Of a stretch of 64,000 bases of DNA, positions 49,062 to 57,910 are shown piece by piece. The first letter of the stretch is position 1; each line of letters begins with the position of its first letter. The stretch lies in assembly GCA_963591775.1 (NCBI GenBank), contig CAVATM010000010.1, positions 27,727-91,726 on the forward strand, written 5' to 3'. The DNA is from a bacterium. Its GTDB lineage: Bacteria > Bacteroidota > Bacteroidia > Bacteroidales > Paludibacteraceae. The notes under the pieces are model-generated. The model was given only the letters and a program-made list of their open reading frames with translations. It searched no databases and had not been told where the DNA came from. The translations under genes and the position numbers were made by a program.

Positions 49062-50101
49062 TTGCGCTCCTTTCTAAGTAGTATCTGCTGACGAGTCCGG
49101 AACACACGCACCGACTTGTCGAATCCATTGAGCTGCTGCACCTTTTCCATACGTACCCCCTCACGCTGGCAGATGTCCCAAAGCGACTCACCGGGATGCA
49201 CCCACAGAGGGGATTTCTCTTTTTCTCCATAGCAGCGCTTGCGGGAAAGATAGACACGGTCGCCCACCTGCAAATCTCGCCCCAAAGCATCATTCCAATT
49301 ACGCAAGGTGCGCTCTCGCTTATTCAACCGAAAAGCGATATTGGCGTAGGTATCCCCCTCACGAGCCTCAACATACTGCACACCATTGCAGCGTTTCTTA
49401 GGGTGTTGAATAAAAAACTGCTGCCGCTCTTGATACGCCGTCAACGGCTCTTCATACTCAGGCTCCGGATTGCGACTAAAAGTGGCTATCGGATCGGATT
49501 GGGTAACCACCGTGGCCTTTTTCGCTCCTTGTTTGGGGTTCTTGGTATTCTGTGCCATGACAGCATGATTGGCTGCTGAGGCTGCCGCTAATGCTTCGGG
49601 AGTTGCTAAGGTATCGAGTCGGTAATCCTCAATAATTTTGATAAGTTTCTTAGGATAGAGCGGATCGGTTGCGTAACCGCACTGCTTGAGGCGATATGCC
49701 CAACCCGAATAATCCTCAACGGCTATCTCGAAACAAGTCGCATAGCGGGGACGCTGCAAAAAAAGCGAATGGTCCTTGTAGGACTCGCCGGCATCCCGAT
49801 AGACACGGAAGCACTCACCTTTGGAATCATCATCGTGATAATAAGAGCCGCCCATCCAATCGCTGGTGCACTTGATACCGAAATGGTTGTTCGCCTCACG
49901 AGCCAACTCACTCGTGCCTGCCCCCGACTCGAGAAGACCTTGTGCCAAAATGATAGACGCAGGCACGCCGTAGTCACGCTGATTGGCAAGTGCCACCTCA
50001 CGCCACTCTTCTATATACGCCAAATACGATTTTGTTTGCTGAGCATGCACAGAGAGAGCAGCACATGACAAAAAGACTATCAAAAGAGGATGTTTCCGCA
50101 T
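49058..50101 (-). CDS. glucosaminidase-domain peptidoglycan hydrolase with LysM repeats
   Basis: ILAQGLLESGAGTSELAREANNHFGIK (glucosaminidase) plus two LysM-like repeats. Confidence 0.8.
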   Translation of the reverse strand: MRKHPLLIVFLSCAALSVHAQQTKSYLAYIEEWREVALANQRDYGVPASIILAQGLLESGAGTSELAREANNHFGIKCTSDWMGGSYYHDDDSKGECFRVYRDAGESYKDHSLFLQRPRYATCFEIAVEDYSGWAYRLKQCGYATDPLYPKKLIKIIEDYRLDTLATPEALAAASAANHAVMAQNTKNPKQGAKKATVVTQSDPIATFSRNPEPEYEEPLTAYQERQQFFIQHPKKRCNGVQYVEAREGDTYANIAFRLNKRERTLRNWNDALGRDLQVGDRVYLSRKRCYGEKEKSPLWVHPGESLWDICQREGVRMEKVQQLNGFDKSVRVFRTRQQILLRKERK

Positions 50102-50161
50102 AGATGAACTAATTTTGCGTGCAAAATTATAAAATAATTTGCGAATTTACAAAGAAAGACC

Positions 50162-50169
50162 TATCTTTG
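50162..50169 (+). promoter_or_regulatory. -7 box TATCTTTG for 50204 cassette
   Basis: Exact TAnnTTTG match 35 nt upstream of the ATG. Confidence 0.5.
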
Positions 50170-50203
50170 CAGAACAAAACACGATAAAAACACAAATTCC
50201 GTT

Positions 50204-50647
50204 ATGAAAAAGATTCATTACCTATTGGCAACCCTCGTTTGCCTATTCGTTCTATCCTCGTGCGAGGGGGACAAATACTACCCCACTGAATATGTTTATC
50301 AATACCAAAAAGAGAACCTGAATCTGCACATCGAGTCGAGCGATTGGCAGTGGTCTAGCACAGGAAACTATTTCTACTACACCTTCAGTGTACCCGAATT
50401 GACACAAACCATTTACGACTACGGAACCATGTCGTGCTATATAGAATATAATCAAGGCACTATGAACGCATACCAGATTGCACTGCCATATATACAGACC
50501 AAATTGGATGGTAGTGAGATTTACCAGCAATTTATCGATTGCTCTTTTCTCACGGGGCAAGTAGAGATTGTACTTACCAACTCGGACTTGAAATATGACA
50601 GCACAAATCCTGAGAGCATGGACTTCCACTTGGTACTGATGTGGTAA
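50204..50647 (+). CDS. hypothetical lipoprotein
   Basis: Lipobox VLSSCEG. 147 aa. Confidence 0.55.
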   Translation: MKKIHYLLATLVCLFVLSSCEGDKYYPTEYVYQYQKENLNLHIESSDWQWSSTGNYFYYTFSVPELTQTIYDYGTMSCYIEYNQGTMNAYQIALPYIQTKLDGSEIYQQFIDCSFLTGQVEIVLTNSDLKYDSTNPESMDFHLVLMW

Positions 50648-50719
50648 AACCACACCAGCGCCAAGCGGCATAGCCGATTTCGAACCTCAACACGACATCC
50701 ACCCTAAACCTACACCAAT

Positions 50720-52492
50720 ATGTCACCTGCATTTATCATCTTTTGTACGCTTGCCTTCTTAGGAGCCATTGGGTATGGCGTCTATTATAAATGGCAAGCA
50801 AAATCGCTACAAACGGAAGCAGATGCTATGCAGAAGGCTGCAAAAGAAAATTCCACAACCGATTCTCCGAAATACGGAAACGCCATTGCCTTTATCGAAG
50901 AGATGGGCAAACGGCACCAATTCACATTGGAAGAACTGGACCGAAATGAGAATTGGGTTACCTATTTTTTTACCTATCAAAGCGGACATTTCGTGTGCGA
51001 TGCAGCCCTACAAGCCAAGATATTACAAATTCAGTTTCGAGGGGTTGCCAGCCTTACCTATACTCCGGAAAATCTTGACAGAATACGCTCACTATGTCAT
51101 AGAATGGACAAAGACTACTTATACTCCAAAGTAGTATATGATTATGATGCCAAACAGAATGAGTTTGACATTCATATAATGATTGAGACTTTTGACCCCA
51201 CGGAAGATGCATTTATGACCTACATAAATTCGTGTTTCCAGATGGGCAATGTGGTTCGTCAAGAATTGGCAAAAGAACCAACGCCAACCGATGCGGAATG
51301 CATAGAAGGCCGACGCGACCATCAAATGTTACTGGAGGCCGAAATGGCACACGAGGCAGAACAGCACAAAGAGAGCCATCCGGAAACACATGCACCCAAT
51401 CATGGACATTTGGGCGAGTACATAGGGTACTTGTTCGGGAATGAAGCCATAGAGGACTTGCTGTCGCTGACTATTCAGAATGCAAATGGAACCACCACGA
51501 TTCGCCAACGCGACGAAATAGCAAAATACGACCTGCTAAGCGGTGCCATCGACACAACAGGGGAGGAAGCCCATTTCGTGGACAACAAAGAATTCAGCCC
51601 TTCGGTACTCACGGTCAATGCCGTACGAAATCACTATGTGTTCACACTGCACCCATTGGAGGACAGAAAGGATATCCTATCGGTACGAATGACGGCGGTG
51701 CGAACACCCCACGAATTCGTACAAGACTATGTACCCGACGCTACCTACATTCCCCAAGCCGTATCGATGCTGCTCTGCTATATAAAAAGCGAATTGCCTG
51801 CAGCAAACACGGAAACGGATGAAGACATAGAACTGCCACAAACCAACACGGGCAAACAAGTCCAACACGGACATTTGCTAATGGAGCAACAATGCTACTT
51901 ACAAGCGATAGCCGTACTCACTCCTGTATTCGAGGAACTAAAGACACAAATTTTCAGTTTGAGCGAAAAGGAGAAAAATATGTTCTTACAAGTGGGATAC
52001 GATATTGGTTTTTGCTATACCGAACTGCGCATCTATGACAAAGGATACTACTATCTGGAACTGGTTCACAACAGTGGCAATCGATTTGATTTCTCACAAG
52101 AATATATCAACTGTTTGGCAAATGGCAGTGACCCACGCGTATTCTACGCAATAGACAAAGAACAGGAAGCCACTAAAAATGCAATAGAAAACATTGACAA
52201 AGATGAGGACTGTGGCTCAGAACAACTGATAGCCAAACGACAACAATTCGTTTCGTACGCTCTGTTTCTGCAGCGACGAAAAGGATATGCACAGATAGAC
52301 TTTGGCTACCTGGATGCTGCCGAGGAGACCTTCAAAGGATTGTTAGACATCGACGAGTGCCACGAATATGCACAAAATGAATTGGAATATATCGCAAAGC
52401 TGCGCTTTCTGAAGATACAGAAAGACAAAAACATCCCCCATAACTCATCCAACAGATCGGAACCTACCAACGAAGAAAACGAACATACATAG
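50720..52492 (+). CDS. hypothetical membrane-anchored protein with C-terminal TPR-like helical region
   Basis: N-terminal TM (FIIFCTLAFLGAIGYGVYY). 590 aa. I recognise no catalytic motif. Confidence 0.55.
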   Translation: MSPAFIIFCTLAFLGAIGYGVYYKWQAKSLQTEADAMQKAAKENSTTDSPKYGNAIAFIEEMGKRHQFTLEELDRNENWVTYFFTYQSGHFVCDAALQAKILQIQFRGVASLTYTPENLDRIRSLCHRMDKDYLYSKVVYDYDAKQNEFDIHIMIETFDPTEDAFMTYINSCFQMGNVVRQELAKEPTPTDAECIEGRRDHQMLLEAEMAHEAEQHKESHPETHAPNHGHLGEYIGYLFGNEAIEDLLSLTIQNANGTTTIRQRDEIAKYDLLSGAIDTTGEEAHFVDNKEFSPSVLTVNAVRNHYVFTLHPLEDRKDILSVRMTAVRTPHEFVQDYVPDATYIPQAVSMLLCYIKSELPAANTETDEDIELPQTNTGKQVQHGHLLMEQQCYLQAIAVLTPVFEELKTQIFSLSEKEKNMFLQVGYDIGFCYTELRIYDKGYYYLELVHNSGNRFDFSQEYINCLANGSDPRVFYAIDKEQEATKNAIENIDKDEDCGSEQLIAKRQQFVSYALFLQRRKGYAQIDFGYLDAAEETFKGLLDIDECHEYAQNELEYIAKLRFLKIQKDKNIPHNSSNRSEPTNEENEHT

Positions 52493-52528
52493 CGGCTTCG
52501 CTCATTGAAAGTTCATTGAGATAGACAT

Positions 52529-52571
52529 AAATGCTGTCCGACAAAAACAGATTTGTCGGACAGCATTTTTT
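52529..52571 (+). terminator. rho-independent terminator
   Basis: 17-bp perfect stem AAATGCTGTCCGACAAA/TTTGTCGGACAGCATTT plus a T-run. Confidence 0.75.
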
Positions 52572-52605
52572 AATACGCCTACCTTTACAAGGGAAGGCTG
52601 ATAAT

Positions 52606-52775
52606 CGGGTAAAAAAGGACATATACCCCCCTTATAAGGGTCTAAAGTGGTAGGGTAATGGTAGGGCGATACGTCCGAGATAAGTCGCTAATCGATAAGA
52701 GGCAGCCAAAATGCAAGTAAAATAGAACATTTCGCACATCTAATTATTTATGCATTTTAACCATCAGTCTATACA
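52606..52775 (+). repeat. copy B of three-copy conserved noncoding element (core 52648-52695)
   Basis: Aligns with 63466-63615 over about 150 nt and with the reverse complement of 13105-13215 over about 110 nt. Confidence 0.8.
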
Positions 52776-53280
52776 AATGATATGCCTTCACAGCCATTGG
52801 ATAGAAAAGCATGCACTGTCAGATAGGAACTCAAGTACTATATGAAGAGAAGTAATTTACGCTTGGTTGGGAACTCATTGCTTCTCATTCCGGTTCGATA
52901 AGGATGGGAGCTTGCTCATTAGAACCCAAACGGAATAGACGACTCATTAGAACAGGATAGTCCCCCCCACTGTAGGACATTCGTCTTTTTGCCCCGTATG
53001 GCAGGCAAATCTGCCAAAATGGCAGCGAAGAACTGACAGAAACGGTCAAATTATACGGTCGGGACATACCACAGGGCTTTGGCACAAAGTTTGTCTTTTT
53101 AAGGGTGTCTGCACAATGCACGAAGGCTCTGATGAACAATAACAGACCAACGCCTACAGATTGCGCAAACCACGAAGGCGTAAGCGAGCCACAAGCATAG
53201 CCATCAACGCTAAGCGACAATCGGCCACAAACGCTAATGCAACAAAAACGAATTATTAACCCATTTAACACATATCTATT

Positions 53281-55227
53281 ATGTCTAAAATTATTGGTAT
53301 TGACTTAGGAACAACCAACTCCTGCGTTGCTGTGATGGAAGGCAACGAACCTATCGTAATTGCTAACTCGGAAGGCAAGCGTACTACGCCTTCAGTAGTG
53401 GGATTTGTAGATGGTGGCGAGCGCAAAGTAGGAGACCCTGCAAAGCGTCAAGCCATAACCAACCCTACCAAAACCGTATATTCTATCAAGCGTTTCATGG
53501 GCGAGACCTACGACCGCTTGTCGAACGAAATAGCGCGTGTGCCGTACAAAGTTGTCAAAGGCGATAACAACACCCCGCGTGTGGATATCGACGGACGACT
53601 CTATACTCCACAAGAGATTTCGGCTATCATCCTCCAAAAGATGAAGAAGACCGCCGAGGACTATCTGGGACAAGAAGTGACGGAAGCCGTTATCACGGTG
53701 CCGGCTTACTTCAACGACAGCCAGCGTCAGGCGACCAAAGAGGCCGGTGAGATTGCAGGCTTGAATGTACGCCGTATCGTTAACGAGCCTACGGCTGCCG
53801 CTCTGGCTTACGGACTGGATAAGTCCAACAAGGATATGAAGATTGTAGTCTTCGACTGCGGTGGTGGTACGCACGATGTCAGCGTCCTGGAATTGGGCGA
53901 TGGCGTATTCGAGGTAAAGGCTACCGATGGTGATACCCACCTCGGAGGTGATGACTTCGACCATCGTATTATCGATTGGCTCGTACAGGAATTCAAGAAC
54001 GAGAACGGCGGTGCTGACTTGAGCAAAGACCCGATGGCTATGCAGCGTCTGAAAGAGGCTGCCGAGAAAGCAAAAATCGAGTTGTCGAACACCACCTCGA
54101 CCGAGATTAACCTGCCGTACATCATGCCGGTGAACGGCGTGCCTGCGCACTTGGTTAAGACCCTGACCCGTGCAAAGTTTGAGCAACTGATTGACGACCT
54201 GATTCAGCGTACAATCGCGCCTTGCCGTACCGCACTGCAGAAAGCAGGCTTGAATACGAGCGACATCGATGAGGTGATTCTTGTAGGTGGTTCGACCCGT
54301 ATCCCGGCTATCCAACAGGCCGTAGAGAAGTTCTTCGGCAAGACCCCGAACAAGGGCGTTAACCCCGACGAGGTAGTGGCTGTCGGTGCGGCTATCCAAG
54401 GCGGTGTGCTGACGGGCGAAGTAAAAGATGTCTTGCTACTGGATGTAACGCCTCTGAGCCTCGGTATCGAGACCATGGGCGGCGTGATGACCAAGATGAT
54501 TGAGTCCAACACCACCATCCCGACCAAGAAGACCGAGACCTTTACAACGGCAGTAGATAACCAGCCGAGCGTGGAGATTAAGGTGCTGCAAGGTGAGCGT
54601 CCTATGGCTTCGCAGAACAAGCAGATTGGTATTTTCCACTTGGACGGCATTATGCCTGCCCGTCGTGGTGAACCGCAGATTGAGGTAACCTTCGATATTG
54701 ACGCCAATGGTATCTTGAATGTGACCGCCAAGGATAAGGCTACCGGCAAGGAACAGAAGATTCGTATCGAGGCTTCGAGCGGATTGTCGGACGACGAGAT
54801 TAAGCGCATGAAGGCTGAGGCAGAGGCTAACGCTGAGGCAGACAAGCGCGAGAAAGAGCGTATCGACAAACTGAACAAAGCAGACGCTACGATATTCCAA
54901 ACCGAGAAGCAGTTGGCTGAACTGGGCGACAAACTGCCTGCCGATAAGAAAGCGCCTATCGAGGACGCACTCAAGAAACTGAAAGAGGCATACGAGAAGA
55001 AAGATGCCGACGCTTGCGAGGCTGCCAACAATGAACTGATGACCGCATTCCAAGCCGCAAGTGCAGAGATGTACAACGCACAGAATGCAGGCGCAGGTGC
55101 AAGCAACGCTGATTTCTGTGGCGCACAAAAAGGTGGCTTCAATGGCAACAGTGGCAACACCGGCTCTACCAACTCGAACAACAACGACGGCGGTGCCGAA
55201 GATGTAGATTTCGAGGAAGTGAAGTAA
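53281..55227 (+). CDS. dnaK: molecular chaperone DnaK (Hsp70)
   Basis: [22 protein letters not shown]-like ([13 protein letters not shown]) and [11 protein letters not shown] motifs. Confidence 0.97.
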   Translation: MSKIIGIDLGTTNSCVAVMEGNEPIVIANSEGKRTTPSVVGFVDGGERKVGDPAKRQAITNPTKTVYSIKRFMGETYDRLSNEIARVPYKVVKGDNNTPRVDIDGRLYTPQEISAIILQKMKKTAEDYLGQEVTEAVITVPAYFNDSQRQATKEAGEIAGLNVRRIVNEPTAAALAYGLDKSNKDMKIVVFDCGGGTHDVSVLELGDGVFEVKATDGDTHLGGDDFDHRIIDWLVQEFKNENGGADLSKDPMAMQRLKEAAEKAKIELSNTTSTEINLPYIMPVNGVPAHLVKTLTRAKFEQLIDDLIQRTIAPCRTALQKAGLNTSDIDEVILVGGSTRIPAIQQAVEKFFGKTPNKGVNPDEVVAVGAAIQGGVLTGEVKDVLLLDVTPLSLGIETMGGVMTKMIESNTTIPTKKTETFTTAVDNQPSVEIKVLQGERPMASQNKQIGIFHLDGIMPARRGEPQIEVTFDIDANGILNVTAKDKATGKEQKIRIEASSGLSDDEIKRMKAEAEANAEADKREKERIDKLNKADATIFQTEKQLAELGDKLPADKKAPIEDALKKLKEAYEKKDADACEAANNELMTAFQAASAEMYNAQNAGAGASNADFCGAQKGGFNGNSGNTGSTNSNNNDGGAEDVDFEEVK

Positions 55228-55256
55228 TTCAATTCTACTAAAAAAGGAATTTTCAA

Positions 55257-55293
55257 TAGGCTGTTTGATTATAGTCAAACAGCCTATTTTTTT
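55257..55293 (+). terminator. rho-independent terminator after dnaK
   Basis: 13-bp stem ATAGGCTGTTTGA/TCAAACAGCCTAT plus T7. Confidence 0.75.
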
Positions 55294-55526
55294 GTACACA
55301 TCTAATTATGGTTTAGGAAATCAATAAACAAGTGCGTATTTACCATAGAGAAATTGGCATATAGGTTAAACAAGTCGCTCTAACTCTACATTTTAGATTG
55401 CGTCCTCCTGACGTTGCACCATAAATTGAATTTTTATTGGACAGTACATTAAGATGTACTAACTCGTTTTTTGTTGATGTTTGTCTGCAAAAATCCTCTT
55501 TATTTGTTTATGTGCAAAAAAAGAGC

Positions 55527-55534
55527 TATCTTTG
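55527..55534 (+). promoter_or_regulatory. -7 box TATCTTTG upstream of R-M genes
   Basis: Exact TAnnTTTG match, about 330 nt before the endonuclease start. Confidence 0.4.
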
Positions 55535-55750
55535 CAAACCAAAATAACGATATTATAAAATTCTATTGCCTATGCAAAATAAGCATCCTGGCGGATGCAA
55601 ACAAATTATACAATAAACAGCATTTGCTATTATTTCGCACTCAAAGAAAAAGCCTTCGAAACTATTTTCTCTGAATAAGGAATAGCAAGCATTCACTGGG
55701 GGGAATACTCAACCCTGATAATTGTTCGTAATAGTTCATACGCATGTTGT

Positions 55751-55827
55751 GTGAACTTTCTCGAACAATTAACAGGTTTCTTCGAAGGCTTCCTGTGAGT
55801 GCGAAAAGAAAGTTCACCTTTTTTATT
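55751..55827 (+). promoter_or_regulatory. terminator-like long-range hairpin in R-M leader
   Basis: GTGAACTTTC (55751-55760) pairs with GAAAGTTCAC (55808-55817), followed by CTTTTTTATT, 39 nt before the endonuclease ATG. Confidence 0.45.
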
Positions 55828-55865
55828 CCGCCTGAGATTGATAGCATTGCATAATTCTATCAATC

Positions 55866-56528
55866 ATGTTGATTCCTAAAGAACTTAGTGGGATACATAC
55901 ATTCCTACTTCAAAATCCCATTCAGATGACAAGAATGGGAGAGGACGGTAGAGTGGATTCTGCCGTAAATGAGAGCGAGATAATTCGGCATCTCGAAAGA
56001 CATTTGTCCCAAATCGGTATTGAACAAAAGCAATTTATCAAACCTCATGCTCGTGAATGGTATGATTTCGCTTTGGAAATATCAGATAACACGGGCTCAA
56101 CTTCTTTTTACCCCGTAAATATAAAAGTTACTGATACAACGCATGCAGATAACCTAAACTGCAAGCTGGGCATATACTATGCACTAACTGGAATGTTGCC
56201 AGATTTCCCAAATGAAACGAAATGGAAAGTCTATTTTGATAAGTTGAAACAATATATAGGGAAGGATACCTCGAAAGACTATTATTTCCTTATTGTAAAC
56301 AAGAATAAGTCGAATGATGTTTTTTGCAATACATTGAAGGGACTTGGTTCGTTGCAACCAAACGGAAATAATTTGCCCTTTCAATGTAAATGGAATAGCA
56401 ATCGAAATATAACGGTTCGTGATTTTGAATCTGCAAAAGATTTGATAATGACGACATTTGCCGAATCCATTAAACTCCGTTCGGATATTTATATTCAATT
56501 CAAAAACTTGTTCCCTGAATATGTTTGA
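55866..56528 (+). CDS. putative type II restriction endonuclease
   Basis: 220 aa. It overlaps the methylase start by 8 nt (ATGTTTGA). A possible PD-(D/E)xK-like WYDFALE...VNIK is present. AT-rich. The call rests mainly on context. Confidence 0.55.
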   Translation: MLIPKELSGIHTFLLQNPIQMTRMGEDGRVDSAVNESEIIRHLERHLSQIGIEQKQFIKPHAREWYDFALEISDNTGSTSFYPVNIKVTDTTHADNLNCKLGIYYALTGMLPDFPNETKWKVYFDKLKQYIGKDTSKDYYFLIVNKNKSNDVFCNTLKGLGSLQPNGNNLPFQCKWNSNRNITVRDFESAKDLIMTTFAESIKLRSDIYIQFKNLFPEYV

Positions 56529-57669
56529 TGTAGAAAAATTGGGACAAGTATTTACACCCCAAAGCATTGTGGCAGAGATGTTGCAAATGCGGAAAAATGA
56601 TGGTCGAGTTTTAGAGCCTTCGTGTGGGAATGGGGCATTTTTCAGAAATATTCCAGAATGCGTAGGAGTAGAAATTGATGCACAACATTGTCCCAAGAGT
56701 GCACTAAATATTGATTTCTTTGACTATCCGTTAACTGAGAAATTTGATACGATTATAGGCAATCCGCCTTATGTTCGATATCAAGATATTGCCCCAAGTA
56801 CAAAAGCCAAATTGAGGTCGGATTTATTTGATGAAAGGAGCAATCTCTATTTATTTTTTATCGAGAAATGTATCAAACATCTCAATAAGCATGGAGAACT
56901 GATATTTATTACTCCACGAGATTTTTTGAAATCAACCTCTGCTATTCGACTTAATCAGTTTATCTATGAAACAGGAACAATAACTGATATTATTGATTTG
57001 GGTGATCAGAGGGGGTTTTCCGGATTTAATCCTAATTGCATAATCTTTAGATACGAAAAAGATAATTTTTCACGGCGTACAAATGTGTCGAAGGAGTTTG
57101 TCTGCAATAATGGACAATTGTTGTTTACCAATAATACCTATCCGTTCGTTTTCTGCGATGTGTTTTTCGTAAAGGTCGGTGCAGTAAGTGGGGATGACAA
57201 AGTTTTTGCCAATGAAATATATGGTAATACAGATTTTGTATGTTCTTATACGCACAAAACAGGAAAAACCAAACGTATGATATATAACGATCCTGATAAC
57301 TCATATTTATTGCAATACAAAGAACAACTGCTAAATCGTAAGATACGGCACTTTGATGAGAGTAGTTGGTGGCAATGGGGGCGTAATCACTATATATCAA
57401 AACAGCCAAGAATTTATGTAAATGCGAAGACACGCAATAAAAACCCTTTTTTTGTTCATCCTTGTATAAATTATGATGGCTCGGTATTGGCTATATTTCC
57501 AAAATTGGTGAATGTTGATGTGATACCATTATGCAATATGTTGAATAATATCAACTGGCAGGAATTGGGATTTGTATGCGACGGGCGTTTCCTATTTTCA
57601 CAAAAAAGTTTGGAAAATGCACCACTTCCATCCTGTTTCGCACCCTATAAAGATCAAAAACTATTCTAA
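56521..57669 (+). CDS. gamma-class N6-adenine DNA methyltransferase (TaqI/Eco57I-like)
   Basis: VFTPQSIV (motif X), VLEPSCGNGAFF (motif I), IIGNPPYV (motif IV, NPPY) and a C-terminal TRD. Confidence 0.9.
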   Translation: MFDVEKLGQVFTPQSIVAEMLQMRKNDGRVLEPSCGNGAFFRNIPECVGVEIDAQHCPKSALNIDFFDYPLTEKFDTIIGNPPYVRYQDIAPSTKAKLRSDLFDERSNLYLFFIEKCIKHLNKHGELIFITPRDFLKSTSAIRLNQFIYETGTITDIIDLGDQRGFSGFNPNCIIFRYEKDNFSRRTNVSKEFVCNNGQLLFTNNTYPFVFCDVFFVKVGAVSGDDKVFANEIYGNTDFVCSYTHKTGKTKRMIYNDPDNSYLLQYKEQLLNRKIRHFDESSWWQWGRNHYISKQPRIYVNAKTRNKNPFFVHPCINYDGSVLAIFPKLVNVDVIPLCNMLNNINWQELGFVCDGRFLFSQKSLENAPLPSCFAPYKDQKLF

Positions 57670-57707
57670 AAGGAGAGCATCTTTTCAAATGGCACTCAAG
57701 CAGGACA

Positions 57708-57738
57708 AACATTCTACCTGCTTTTTTTCGTGTAGATA
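57708..57738 (+). terminator. rho-independent terminator after methyltransferase
   Basis: AAGCAGG/CCTGCTT stem plus a T-run. Confidence 0.6.
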
Positions 57739-57781
57739 CTCTATTCAATAAATATAGTTTCCACCAGTTAAATCTGATTTC

Positions 57782-57832
57782 TAATAGAAAGATAGGCTGT
57801 CTGATATTGTCAGACAGCCTATCTTTCTATTA
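57782..57832. repeat. 23-bp perfect inverted repeat (51-nt palindrome)
   Basis: TAATAGAAAGATAGGCTGTCTGA - TATTG - TCAGACAGCCTATCTTTCTATTA. Confidence 0.9.
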
Positions 57833-57878
57833 GGCAAATGGTAGAAATAGATTCTACCGAACTTGCCTACTACTTATG

Positions 57879-57905
57879 CTTACTGAAAATTTCCGTTTCA
57901 GTAAG
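57879..57905 (-). terminator. hairpin directly after exuT stop
   Basis: 10-bp stem CTTACTGAAA/TTTCAGTAAG. Confidence 0.55.
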
Positions 57906-57910
57906 GCGTT

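Noticed and set aside
52735-52747. 13-bp direct repeat CACATCTAATTAT flanking dnaK (52735-52747 and 55297-55309), possibly island boundaries
   Set aside because: In 64 kb, tens of 13-mer coincidences are expected by chance. dnaK itself is core, not cargo. The match is also not present in element copy C.
53100-53280. Search for a CIRCE (HrcA) operator upstream of dnaK
   Set aside because: No TTAGCACTC-N9-GAGTGCTAA-like inverted repeat was found anywhere in 52493-53280.
55395-55421. tRNA-3'-end-like string (...CCTCCTGACGTTGCACCA) that could mark an integration att site next to the R-M islet
   Set aside because: There is no complementary T-stem or acceptor 5' strand nearby and no T-loop consensus. 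No cloverleaf can be drawn.
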